From Paragordius varius (taxonomy: Eukaryota; Animalia; Nematomorpha): a stretch of 64,000 nucleotides of DNA. The stretch covers positions 12,710,001 through 12,774,000 of the forward strand of contig OZ176053.1 in the NCBI GenBank assembly GCA_964247055.1, in the 5' to 3' direction. The notes beneath the pieces were generated by a model that was not told the DNA's origin, searched no databases, and saw nothing but the letters and a program-made list of their open reading frames with translations. Within the stretch, counting starts at the first letter, position 1. Every line of letters starts with the position of its first letter. Both the position numbers and the translations under genes were made by a program. Below, piece by piece: positions 12,960 to 26,289 of this stretch.

Positions 12960-13290
12960 TATTTGGGAGCAGCGGCCGATGACTCTTAAGTACTTACATA
13001 CACCCTAAAAATCCGTAATAATTGGAACAAATTAAGGTTCCATCTAATTAACAAAATTATTTCCATCAAAATTGAGCAATTATTCAACAAAAAGCCAACA
13101 ATGGTGTATAAAAGAAATATGGGCAATAAAGAATTAGCAAGATAAGAGGTGTCTAAAAGACTCTGAAAGTAAATAGACTTAGGTAGTTTTAAATACACAA
13201 AGAAAAAAGAGTTAGTGTGACAAAAGAGGTGAAAAGGCCATTCAAAACTAGGTGGATAGATAAAGTTAGTTAATAAAGTCGTAGATAGGT
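12960..13290 (+). mobile_element. Possible decayed Penelope-like retroelement fragment
   Basis: Broken frames give LSTYIHP / LKIRNNWNKL..IEQLFNKKPTMVYKRN / GSFK. This recalls the TYHP..W..L..FP..P..A(Y/F)KR..N region between RT and GIY-YIG in Penelope-like elements. The match is from memory and the region has stops and frameshifts. Confidence 0.3.
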
Positions 13291-15035
13291 ACTATTAATA
13301 GTTGGCGTATTCGACCACTTTAAAAACTAATGTCATATACATGATATATAATCTCATAACAATTTATTTGTAAACGGCTTTTAATTTCAAATATCTGCAA
13401 TAAATGAATTGGAAATACATATAGATTTATGTAATAAATTCTTCTAATCTAAAGTCGATGAATTGTATTGCATGGAGAGTGATACGCTCTTCCCAATCCG
13501 ATCTATTATTGTTTGTCAAAATGGAATTCCAAAATAACTATTCCAGGGTCCCTGATAATTGACTAAATAAATGATAAAACATATGTACAACTAAAAATAT
13601 CTAGTTTAGAAATCTTATCAACACTTTGTTTAAATAATTTAAAATAGGTTATTAATCAATATAGGGTTCGTGGCACGAAAAATAAAATTTAAATCTCCTT
13701 TGCAAGAAAGAACATGATATAGTTATCAAAAATTACCAATGGTTGTTCAAAAAAATTCCTCATTTTCTAAATCAATTAAAGATTTTAAGAGTCATTTTAT
13801 TGTGTAAATCATGCATCAATTTAAATTTCCACTGGTTCGCTACTACATGTGTTTTTAGGGATGAATTAACCTTGAACATATTGGGTCAAGGCTTTTCAAA
13901 TAATCAGTTTATTTATATAACGAAATTAAATTTACATCTTATTTTTGTAAAAATGTTTTTATTGAAATTTTTGGATAAACTAATATAAATTTATTGACAA
14001 CAAAGTTAATAAATATTAATTTATTTTATTTTACTGAGTTATTATGCATCGCTCATATATATTTTAAAAATAAACTATTTTCTGAAAACTGGTGATCCTC
14101 TAACCATAAATAATAATATTTAGGCTAATATTAAGGCATCGATTTCCAACACAAAACATATAGTAATAACCAAACCGAAAAAATTCAGTTTTTTTAAATT
14201 TTAATTATAAATATTACAGAATGAATGAGTATACATTGCTAGAAAGTTTTTATTTATTGCCAAATAGTATTTGCAGCAAAGAGAATTATTATTGGCTAAT
14301 AAGAAGAATGTAAAATGTGAAAAAATAACTATAAACCAATAATATTGCCCTTTGTTGTATTCACTATTTGGTAATAATTAATAACTTAATGTAAAAATAC
14401 TCATACTGTATTTCTATCGAATATTTCGTGCAATATATATTTCGTGGCAAGGTTACCAATATTTTTAGGAGTAAAATTTTAACTCAACATTTTTTTAAGT
14501 TTTCATATCTTTGAGTAATGAATGTATCATTCATAAATCTAAATTTTATACGCATTTAAAACCGTCAACAATGAAATTCTAACATCAGTTCCCGTGTTTG
14601 AAAATATCAAAAAAAAACACAATGATATAAAGTCCAATTTATACCTTATTCCGCCCATATTTTAGGCGAAAAATCAATATTTTTGATGACGATTGGCGAT
14701 GCTGTAATTATTAATCTCGCTCTATTTACATTTTAAAAAATCATAATTTTTTAAACTGTATTTTTGCCTCCTAGTCTCTTTGAAACTAAAAATTAAATAA
14801 AACCGAGTATTATAAATACAGTAATAATTGAAATTATACAGATTAGATGTAAACATTAGACAAATATTTTTCAAAAGCTCTACTTTTTTGAACTTGATTA
14901 CAAATAACATACTTTACAATTATTAAAAAATTAAGATCAAAAATATGTTTGTCTTTTGAAAAAAAAAAGTATTTCTCATTTTAGTTATTACAATTTTCTG
15001 TATATAATCTCAATTTGTATTGTGTTTTAAAGCCT

Positions 15036-15236
15036 TACAGATAAATCCACAATAATTTGCGGGGCACGAGAGTTGCTCTTGTAATAAAGTTTGTAGCCTT
15101 GATAGATGCCAGCATCAAGCGATTTATCTCTTTCAATCCAAATCTGAACATTTCGGTTATCTCGTAAGAAATGTTTGACACCGGGGACATTGATGTTGTT
15201 TGTGTTAAAGGTGTCACCACTTGCCAGAGAAAATAC
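15036..15236 (-). CDS. Candidate internal exon of an unannotated gene (product unknown)
   Basis: GC-elevated segment with AG acceptors and a strong donor (TCT|gtaagg). Two frames are open; one reads SGDTFNTNNINVPGVKHFLRDNRNVQIWIERDKSLDAGIYQGYKLYYKSNSRAPQIIVDLS. No family recognised. Confidence 0.35.
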
Positions 15237-15364
15237 TATAAAACATATTCATTCAAACTACAGAGTTCAAAATATAAGTTTGGGGGTAATCATCCCATTT
15301 TGTTGTACATATAAAATAAAACTTACCTAGTTTGTAATGTGTAGTATGAATATTTTAACCGAAA

Positions 15365-16378
15365 CTAAAATCAATCTCGTGCTGCTACGCAGCCCGAGAA
15401 AGTCCTTTGGACTTCTGGAGGGGGGGGGGGGAGTCATTTTAATTTTATAAGCAATTTTATTATGCGGCACGAAGTTTTAAAATGATTCACATAGTCTCAT
15501 AAGTTTTCTGAAATTTGGCTCCAAAGGCATGCTTGGATATGATGGCGCAGTTGTAAGCGGGTAGCCCCCTACCCAGAGGCCAATATATAAATGTAGTTAG
15601 ATAAAAAAATTTGCCTTTATACTTGGAATCAGCGTTCATTCCTAATAGTTTATGGAATAATGGCTTCAAAACTAAATAAGAGTACAATGATAGCGCATTT
15701 TTTAGAGCGTAAAGGGCCTCTTTAACGGCTAATTCAAAAATCCGCTCGTCTAATATTTTTGACTTTTTACGGGTAATACTTTAAGCAGCTATTGCATATA
15801 GCCTGATAGGTTTTCTGAAATTTGGCCCCAAAAGCGGGCTATTTTGATATGACGGGTTAGTTTTTCGAGGGTAGCGCCTTACTCAGCAGCTATCATCAAA
15901 GAAATGCTTGACTAAAATTTTTGCCTTTTAACAGGGAATACGTAGAATCCTTATTGAAATTTTACGGTCTCATGGCGAAAAATAGATTCAAAAAATTATT
16001 TTTGTGGACTTTGTTATAAAAAAATGGCATTTTACAGGGGGAGCGGGTAAAAAGAGGGCCTAAATTAAAAAGCGAGCCGACTATGTTCGGCGCAATCGAT
16101 AATAAGTAAACAAAAATCATATTTGAAATTGAATGGTCCAACACGTTATCCGGAAAACTGTCTCAAAAAAACGATTTTTGCGGACCTATGTTTTTAAAAA
16201 AACCTGTTTTTCACACGGGGTGGGATGGAACTGGAGGCCTAATTCAAAAAAGGGAGAAGCTATTGTCGGGACATTTATTAATGATTAAATTGTTTTTATA
16301 TTTGGATTTGAATGGGTCTACCGGTTTTCCGGAAACAGAACACAAAGCCAGCATTTTCCATTTTTATAGATATATAGA
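15365..16378 (-). mobile_element. Complete non-autonomous Helitron (~1.0 kb), family copy H1
   Basis: On the minus strand: 5' A|TCTATATATCTATAAAAATGG; 3' GC-rich hairpin CTCGGGCTGC-GTA-GCAGCACGAG, then 7 nt, then TTAG|T. Inserted between A and T with no TSD. The body is homologous to 27962-29165 and 62341-63460. No RepHel ORF. Confidence 0.8.
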
Positions 16379-18196
16379 TTTAATTTAAAGTTTATCCATG
16401 GATACCAGTTTAACCAGAAATTTAAATATATTTACACGGATGAATAAAAACAAATGTTTAGGTTGAAAAAATGGAAAATACTAATGACATGGTTATATTT
16501 ACCCTAAAATACTCACATAATCCGTTTTTCATTTCAAAGAAAAAATCTTTATACAATGTATACTGTGTTAGGTTTATATGTCTAAAATAATTTACTAATT
16601 ATGAATTTTACCAGACTCTCCTATATAAATACATCAAGATTAAAAAGTATAATCAATTTTTCATACTTATCGAATTTCTAAAAGTGGGTGGCTTGTGTGG
16701 TAATCTTACAAAAACTGTCACATAACATTCTTTGGAAGGAGTTTTTGTTATGGACACAAAATTTTTGGAACTTTTTTGCATATCTAAAGGGATATTTAAA
16801 AAAAAATCATTTTGAAGATAAAGTGTTTGTTAATAACTAACATTTAATTTGTAACTGATATTTCATATTTTCAGGTGGCATAAATATTTTTACATAATGA
16901 AATTAATAGTTTTATAGGTGTTTTTTGACTTATTGTATTAAAATTTATTGATGTAAAAAGTTATTATTTTTACAATTAAAAAAAATCCAAATCCGTGAGC
17001 ATATAATGGATTTTTGAAAAAATGTTACATTTGTTATTCCCATTAAAAGATATATTTTGAAATTACAAGGTTGGAACCCAATGTTTTTATTTTAGCCACT
17101 AAAAACATATATAATTAAAATACGCTCTGCCTCTATAATTACACAAGAGCCTCCTCTAAACAGCATATACTTGCGACAAAATTTAACGCTGAAATTGCGT
17201 TTTAAATTAAAAAGTAATATTTTTAGTCTCTTTCACCATACCGGAATTATTTAATAGATACCACTGAAGACTAGCATCTAAAAATATAAATCATTTGAAT
17301 TTAAATCAAAACAGTATTATTAACATAAAAATTTTGAATTTCAAATTAATGCGAACATTTGAGTAGATTGATATACCTCTCCGGTAACTAAAGCGAATTA
17401 TGTAAAAAAATGTGCTTTTATAATATTCCAACGAATATATTTCGTCATGATCCAATATTCATGTAATACGCTATATTTTGATATATGACACATAAGAATT
17501 TAACAAAACTAATTTTACAGCACACAGCTGATTACCAACATTAGTGAACTTTTAAAATATAACCTATATAATAACAAATTAAAAATGTTTATTTACATAA
17601 ATACCGAATTCGGCGAAGCAACAACTTTTTTGAACTGAAGAACCTGCCCGAAGTAACTAAAATATTTAACTTAATATTATAAACAATATTCTAAAATATT
17701 GATGATTTTAATGTAAATTATCAAATTTCTAAAATTATTAAATACATCCCTTTACACTTTAATACCCTTATCATTTCTAGATCATCCTCAAAATAATAAT
17801 AATTCCTCAGAAAATGTAAAATTAAATTTTGGTTTTATATTTTACACATACGCATCATCACTCGCTATAAAACTATAGCTAAATCTTACCATGTTGATAA
17901 TTAATAATAATTTAAAAATGTTATCGCATTTATACAAAATAATTTTATCATATTTTTTATATAACTCATAATGAAAGCTTTTAAAGTAAATAGGCTGCGA
18001 CTCTAGACCGAATATTATAATGGAAAATTGATTATTTGCAACAAATGCATGGGTTCAATAAATTACCGCCAAATTTTATTATACTATTATTAACAAATTT
18101 GGTCAATTATAATGTTTTTATATAAAAGCAAAATTATGCAATATTTTGATTTCAAAACCGGCTAATAATCTAAGTTTAAAAAAGTCTCTCCTTTAC

Positions 18197-18341
18197 TTGA
18201 AGTGATAGAAAAGGGATTGTTAACATTTTGTTGGAATTGACGTGTCGAAAAAGCTGAACCAGATAATATGCAATTCTGCGCCCAAGAATTGATAATCAGG
18301 GCTGATAGAATGAATAAACACTCGATAAATAATGATTTCAT
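18197..18341 (-). CDS. Candidate first exon of a secreted protein (signal peptide), not in the ORF track
   Basis: ATG at 18341 gives MKSLFIECLFILSALIINSWA|QNCILSGSAFSTRQFQQNVNNPFSITS, followed by a phase-1 donor A|gtaaag. Basic N-terminus, hydrophobic core, S-W-A cleavage-type site; GC ~34% versus ~24% in the flanks. Confidence 0.5.
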
Positions 18342-18650
18342 AACAATCGATTCAAAAAATAATTGAAAAAAATATAAATAAATTTATGTGGTATATATAA
18401 TTCGGGCTTCAGGCTACACAACATAAGGTTAAAGCGAAAAACGCCAAATATTAATTAATTCAAAATATATATGTCGCCAATATTAATATAATGAATGGTA
18501 ATCAATTTTATATAGGTTAGCTATATTAAGAAGAATATATTTTTTGTATGGTATCTAACTCATTTCCCATTTATTCATTTTATGGTAAGAAATATTATAT
18601 AAAATGTCCATCGTATTTATTGCTAGTAAAGACGACTGAATTAATACGTT

Positions 18651-21600
18651 TCAAGCGTGTTCATTAAATAAGCGGGAAAGATTGATGGCAGCGAGTTCTA
18701 CATTGCCTCCACACTTCTCAAGTTCCTTTTCGGCCGTTTGACGGGGAAAACCCATCTCCACCAATTGATTTATTGCTAAACACAATCAATTTTAAAGTTT
18801 ACAATGAAAAATTTATAAAATAATTGTGCATAATTTTAATAATATAAGGACTACAGGTTGGTGCCATTACTCATTGTTATTCACAAAATACAATTGAAAT
18901 AAATTATGGTCGTCCCCTAAGGTGATTATAATTTAATAGTATGGGATTTCGAATGTTATACATTAAAAGTTATGGTTAAAGATCCCCAAACCTATATTTT
19001 AAATTAAAATTCTTAAAAATATATGGATGCTTTCAAAGTTAAAAATAATTGATTAGGTGTTAATTTAACACAAAAAGCATATATTTGTTAGATCTTGTAT
19101 GCATATGTTTTTGTTAGGGTAAATACAACTCATTCATTAGTAATTCAGTACCGTTTGTGGAGCTATTGAATAGATCTTTTTGATATGAAAATTGAACGAA
19201 TGTATTGCGACACTTAAAAGGACATCCGAATAACATTTTTGCATATATTAATTAGAATCGTTTAAATCAAAAGGAAAAAAATTATAGAACATTAAATAAC
19301 ACGAGTTAACGCAAAAACTCATAAACAACAAAAGGATTCAATTTAAATTACAGCTTTCTAATTAAAGTTTAATATCATAAATATTTAACATTGGCCTGTG
19401 ATCGTCGACTATTCCAATTAAATGCTAAGTTAGAGGAGAGAAATAAATGGTTTATATCTTAAAATTTTATTAATCTCTTAGGATTTTTGGTCATGAAACA
19501 AGATTAAAATAATTAAAACAGAATTAAGCAAATATTTTATCACAATCAAAATATCAATAAGGAAATTATAGGAAATCTTGTCTTGAGGTTAAAATAAAAA
19601 TCTTGTCTTGAGGTTAAAATTATCATTTTAAGATAATAATTTTTTATACATTCTTTGAAATATGATTAATTATAGTAAACAAATAAATAATAGAATTTAT
19701 GATTAATTAATATTAAGGAAATAGTTTAGATGAGAAATCTTAAAAATGCTATATGAAATTAGCTATTTATTATCATTAAGCAATAAATAGGTGCTAAATA
19801 AATCCCTAAATCTTGTTATATATGAAATTATATTCAACACATCCTAATATTTGTCAGTCTATATTATAATTATTGAAAAAATATTAATAATGTATAAAAA
19901 TAAATCTTGCTTTATTAAATTATTTTTTAAAACATATTTTCCTAAAGAGATAAGGGGATAAAAAAGGATTTTCCAAAAAATGATATTGCCAATGGTAAAA
20001 AAATTTTTATATAAATTTTTATTTAGAGAAAATTAAAGGTCTTTGAAAATTAAACGGTAAGAATTGTTGATAAATTTGTCTGCATATCTGAGAGTATTGT
20101 ATATTATTATTTTTAAATAACCTGTGAACTAAAAAACTAAAATTTAAACAAATTACTAAAATAATCGAATTTACACTCCTAAAAATTTGAATAAGGATAT
20201 AGTTGTAGGGCTAAACAAAAACATCAATTCATTTGTTAGCAATAATTCATTTGTCCCGAATCATTTTAAAATTTAACCATTCATTCTATCTGGCAATGTG
20301 ATGTTTGTTAAGTAATCGTTTGAATGAAACAAAAAATTAAAATAAAAAAAGTACCATCGTTTGTGTCACCATGCGGTGCGGATTCCTTATTTGTTTGAAC
20401 ATTTTTTGCATCAAATGCAGGCATGGAAGTGGAATGTTCCAAATAATTTTGTGGGCCTCCCAACTCTTCTTCATGGTGATATTTGGGAATTTCGTTTTCT
20501 GGCAAAAAGGGTGTACTCACTCCGTGTGACTTTATATGCAATCTGTATTGATAGAATTTAAAAGATGATACATGCATGTACTTTAAATACCAAGTATTTC
20601 GACAATATCCATGAATCATTTATCTTCAAGTGAATATATATATGTATATATATATAAACGCATTTACATTGGAATTTTTTGGACCAAACCATAGAAAATT
20701 ATACACATTTTGGTATAAATTAGTAAAATAAATTTGGTATTTCCAATTTAATTTACATTTTGACTTTACATCTAGAAAGTGTAATGCATTTTAAAATACG
20801 GACATAGTTAAGTTGAAGCGAGTTTTTTATTCGCATGTGCCCGTGTAATAAAACTTTTTGCATAGAAATTTTTACAAATCCAAAATCTGCCTTTGCTGCT
20901 GTATATTAACTAAAAATAAACCAGCTAATACCACGAATATTTAAATTTCCAAATTATTGGGAATCCATAATTTAAAATGATTATTTGAATGCAGCATTAT
21001 TTATATGTAATAATCATTTCGTTCCAAATCAATACAGAGAAGCCTGAGCAGTACTGTGTTTTTCATTGTTAATAATTTTATCAATGTTTTATAATAGTTG
21101 TTAATTTTAAAAGTCTAATATTTGTATTTATATTAAAAATAATCAAGGTAAATGCAGTGTTTATAAGTTAATAATAAAGGACTTATTTATTACACATTTT
21201 GTTCTAAATCGATGATACAGTGATGCCTGAGCAAAACATCGAGTCCCAGCAAAACGTCCATCATCTGACCCTCGAGGATGGAAAAGGAACAAGGGATGTG
21301 CGCATGCTCAATGATCACGTGAGTCATGTGGATGCGGCCTAGAATATTCTGAACTCCGACACCTCGTGCTATTCCACTCCATCTAAAATTTATAACTAAT
21401 TTATTATATCAACTATAATACCCATGAATAATTACAATATTATTAGTAAAAAATATTAAAAGTTTTAAACATAAAAAGTAAAAGACGAATGTTTTGCGTT
21501 GGTTAAAGAAAACCATGTTTTTTTAAAAAAAGGTGATCGTCTGGACTGCGACATAATAAATAGAGATGTTAGTTGGTAACATGATTATTTATGATCGCAA

Positions 21601-23974
21601 TTCTTTCATATATATATAACAAGGGTAAAATGGTTAAAAAATACACATCTTTACTTACTTTTTATTTAATAAAATTATTTTTTAATGTAAAATTTTTCAA
21701 TAAAACTATTTACTCATAAATGCATCTTATAAAAAAATTAAATCACTGTTTCTAAAATGGGTCACCTATATCTTAGAAATAAACCTAAAATATATGCGAG
21801 ATTTATATCAACCAACACAATCATAAAGAACGTTAACCAAAATATGCCATGTTTTTAAACTTTCGGACAACTGACATTTTAGTAAAAATTAAAATTATAA
21901 AAGCAAAAACACAAACAAACCATACTTTTTAACAATTTGTTTTCTAAAAACAATATATTAACAATTTCGATTTATATGATTGAGTGTACCATTTCACATT
22001 TTTATTCTTTATTTGGTAATTCAAAACGATTATACATATTTGCGGAAATAATGATTAAAAAAACAATATTGTCTTTCTCAAAAAATATTTAACTTAAAAT
22101 TTTTTCTCTCAGCGAAAATTAACATATTTCCTAGTTTTTTTCCAAAAAGAATCATATTTTATAAAAACAAGCTTTATAAACATGATTGTCTTTTTTGAAA
22201 ACAATTTATTCAAGTTTTGTCTAAGTTTTATCTGGTTAATTTAAATTTTTAGTCTAGTTACGCGCATATATGAAATGGCACCTTTTATCTGCAAGACGTA
22301 AGAGATTACATTTCTGGGCACAAGATTTAGACATGAGCGTTGATTGAGCCCCAGTGTCTACAAAAGCTTTCAGAGGGATCCCATTGACACGGATATTTAT
22401 GTATAGCATATGGACCTAATGTTCATAAAAAAAATTATAGAGACAAAATCTAAGTTTTTTTAATGGCAGATAAATTTTTTTACACTTATTTTTTAAGATA
22501 AGCTTTTTATTGCGAAATAAGAAATAGATTTAAAGGGGTAACACTATACATTTTGCTAGGTTATTAGAAAACATTAATGTTTAAAACAGTAGGGTTGCTG
22601 GCTTTATATTAATAATAATTTACGATATGTCTAATATTTACTCTATTTATGACAATTAAATGCCGTTTATGAAAGCAAAAAAAGGGAAACCATTGCAAAA
22701 GATTCGGGCGTGTGTTCAAGAGCTGCCTCCATGGCGTTATCAATGTTTTTCTGGTGAATATAAGAATAAATTTTTTCCTGAATTTCGGGTTTCATGAGAT
22801 CCTCTTCCGAAACAAAGCCTGCTCCCAAATTCGATGAAGATGGTGTGGATTGAGACATATACGGCTACATTCATAATTATATAAATACGGTCAAAATTAA
22901 ATTTAGTATAAAATATAATTATTTAAAATTTGATACGACAATATATATGTTGTTTTTCTAAAAATAAGTTTACAAATGAGATATGATTAAATATTAGGTT
23001 CTTAATGCTAAACCACTTAGACCTTCAAAAAATTGAACTTAGATTGAAAACAATATTTAAGGGATTATTGAGTGGTATATCATGATATGTGATGGTTACA
23101 AACTACACAAGCTTTAAAAAATAGCTTCTTTAAAATTTTGCGCACACAGTAATAACAATCAGAGTTAAAAATAATATTTGACTCTGTTAGATAAATGATT
23201 TATATAAAAATAAACTATAATTTTGCCAGATATAATAAAAGACAATGAATAAAGATCATATGCAATCTAAAATAGCTTTCAAACTTCAACTAAAACCATA
23301 AAATTAAAATCTGAATATATATTATGATAATAAAGAACTTAAAATAAAATCGAGAACGTCTAAATATATTATACAGAACCAAATTTAAAGTATTAATTTG
23401 AGAATATGTGGAAAATCCGTATAAGGCCAAATGTAAAAAAATTATATATTTTTATAAGTAAAATTGTTTAAATAATAAAATTACTTGCATAATTGAGCAA
23501 AACTTTTTGACATCGTTTTTTAAAAATGCATCTACCAGGTCAGGATTTCTTTGGCGTAAAATTTCAAGTTCTTGGGGATTCTTCAAAAAATGGTTTTTAA
23601 GGTTTTGTATTAGTTGGCTATGGACATGTTTATCATTTTTAGATGTAGATTTAGGAAGGACTATATTTGAAAAATCAATTTTAGGTACAAAGTTATTTAC
23701 GGTTGATGGATTTTCATCAGTTTCATTTTTTATAACTATCATTAAGTCCCCATCTTTAACATTCTCCTGTTCTAATGTTTTGGTAGCAGAAGTCAACATA
23801 ATTTTACCATCGTGCATAAGTAAGAATGTAGACTTTGGAACTTCTGTAAATATTAAAAATGTTCTTACTCATAGAAGTTTGGCATAAATTCCAAAAATTA
23901 TCTAAGGTAGTTTCCTTTGTACATTTAACATTAATAAATTCGTCATCTTTAATTAAAGTTACAGTAATTTCCAT
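18651..23974 (-). CDS. DDI1: DNA damage-inducible protein 1 homolog (UBL, retroviral-like aspartic protease, UBA), 7 exons, ~424 aa
   Basis: Exons 23869-23974, 23485-23843, 22691-22864, 22282-22415, 21194-21382, 20355-20542, 18651-18775 (1275 nt, phases match). Hallmarks: N-terminal UBL (..VKDGDLMIV), [31 protein letters not shown], catalytic [38 protein letters not shown]-terminal UBA ([16 protein letters not shown]). Confidence 0.95.
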
Positions 23975-24156
23975 TAATCAAGTGTGATCAAAACTTAAAA
24001 GGTTGCAAGACAGGTATATGAATGCAAATCAAACATTTGATACCTTATGATTACCAACAAAACTACGTCCGAATCGGAGAGTATTAAAAAATATCCTGAT
24101 AAAATATATATCTTCTAATCAATAAGGATTATCAGACTATTTTGGCTTTGGCCTAA

Positions 24157-24684
24157 CAATTCTATTTAGATTGGGGTATCCAAATACATCGGACTATTTC
24201 TAAGCGATATTTTTAAATACTACTGAAAGAAACGGTTATATTTCAAATTTATGTTTTTATCCTAATAAAAAATATATAAACATGCCAAAATAATGATATA
24301 AAATTTAATTTTGGAAAAAAAAACCCCGCACCAAACTATTAGGATGCCATTTTAATTTTACAACATTTTTGCAAAATATCGTATATTTGATTCTAAACCT
24401 AAAACCAAGTGCATTTTTTAAAAAAATCACAATTACCATTGCTTTAAAAAAAAGTGGTACATTTTGTATTATTTAGGTTATGCACACATGTATTTTTTAC
24501 CTGATTTTATTTTAAAATAGGCTATATATTTTTGAAAGAACTTTTATATGTTTTTAAGTGCAAATTTTTCTCATGGTTTCAATTCATTTCATATTTTTTG
24601 GAACGTATAATTATAAACAGGCCTGGGTATCCAACTACCCCAATTTGAATAGGTGGACTGAAAAAAATGTGTTGTATCCAAGTG
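24157..24684 (-). mobile_element. piggyBac-like TTAA MITE, copy E1, ~180 bp upstream of the DDI1 ATG
   Basis: Homologous along its length to 48277-48831 and 39062-39638. Right end ..GTATCCAAGTG|TTAA; left end degenerate (CTAA|CAATTCTATTTAGATTGGGGTATC). Confidence 0.75.
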
Positions 24685-26289
24685 TTAAAAGAAGAAATAG
24701 ATTAAGATTTTTTCATAATTTTAGATTTAAAATTTTTTTTTAACACATGTGCTAAAATAAAAAATCATAAATTATTTGGATTACTTTATATACTTTTTAA
24801 GATATTTAAATTTGCTCTGGGACATAAAACTACCCCTAAAAGAGAATGAAGTGTTAAGCAAAATAGCCATTTTTTCGGGAATAAAAACTTTTGTACTAAG
24901 CAAAATTAAATTTTTTCTAGATCAGTCTCGGCCCTTTTGTTTTTATTTAAATAAACTTGCCCAATTTTGACGGATCCAACAATTTACGATTTTCAAAACC
25001 CACATTTATAATTTAAAATTTCATAAAAATATTATTTTGTTTTTATATAGAGTTTATAATATATTTTAGTAATGTTTTTTTTTAAAAAAGCATTCAGCTT
25101 TTACCAAAAATAATTTATTTTACAAAATGTGCGCTATTTTACCAATTATAGGATTGCATTTACCACGAAAAGGTAAATAACTATTAATCACTCATAAAAG
25201 CCAAAATCAAAAGTACAAAAATAATTCTGATAATTTTCTTATAATAAATATATATACTCCCCACCCGATGTTGCAAATGGTATATTAACAATATATATTC
25301 TATCTAAGCATCTCAAAGACTACCCCTTTCCTACATTTTGCGTTTAAGGAAAGGAACCTTTTGATTTCCAATATTTGTGATATTATTATTTTTCCATCAA
25401 ACTTAGCGTTATTTTATTAAACATAAAAAAGCCTCCATAATGTGTTTTGAGATTAATAAGTTATAACAGCGGTGTCACAAATCGCTTGGCTGACCGAATT
25501 GAAAAAAATAACAAACGGAACATAAAATGTTTCATTCATGGCACTTGAAAAAATTTTCCGGCCCCGATATATCTTCTAATTTTAATTTTCGTTCATTTCA
25601 TTAGCGAAATTCGGAAAGATACATTTCTTACATTTATCATTAAGAAACATATTGAAAATTATTTTTACGATCAAAATTTTCCAAAAATGTAAAATTTTTT
25701 GGAGGGCCGCGATTAAACCCCTTACTTATGTGGGCCCCATACGATATTAAACGTAAGTGTCTATTATTTGGGGATTATTGTCAAAATGGAAGTTCTGGGC
25801 CTTTTACACTGTGCACTAGAAGGGAGAAACTCACATTTTAATATATTTTTTTTTTGAATTTTTTCATGATTATATTGGTTAGTCCTAGGTTTTAGAAGTA
25901 ATTTAAGAAAATTATTACAGAGTTGGCGGTTTAATAAGACACCGAAATTTTCGCTAAATATATGTGGTGAAATTTAAGGCATTAATATCATAACTAATGA
26001 AATAAGTTATATAGTCAATTTTTAAAAAGGTTATTTTTGACTTCAATGGGTTTTTCATACAAAAATGTTAAGATTGCAAGATGAAAAGAAAATGATGCTA
26101 GTTTATGACATTGATATTCTTTTTGAATTATGCTATGTTAATTTTTAAAATTTTGTTCACTAAATTTCTTCACTTTTTTATGTGGACTTAATTTTTGAGG
26201 TAGTTTTGTTTCCCACCAGAATTTAAATTTGTAAACATATTAAAAGATTGTGGTTAATTTTATTATTGTAGCTAAGATTGGGGATTCGT

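Noticed and set aside
12986-13285. Minus-strand hydrophobic open frame (~98 codons) ending ..LFQLLRIFRVY|gtaagt, resembling an ion-channel S4 segment
   Set aside because: T-rich strands are naturally stop-poor and hydrophobic, and the opposite strand resembles a decayed retroelement. No neighbouring channel-like exons were found. Not fully excluded as an exon of the hidden gene.
19572-19620. 23-bp direct repeat AAATCTTGTCTTGAGGTTAAAAT x2
   Set aside because: Simple local slippage duplication in a DDI1 intron; only two units.
22340-22360. DTG rather than DSG catalytic motif in DDI1
   Set aside because: D-[S/T]-G is normal for the family; yeast Ddi1 has DTG. The UBA domain is also normal for non-vertebrate DDI1.
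25467-25811. CAGCGGTGTC..GGCCGC..CACTG segment resembling a hAT MITE
   Set aside because: The ends are not inverted repeats of each other and no TSD was found.
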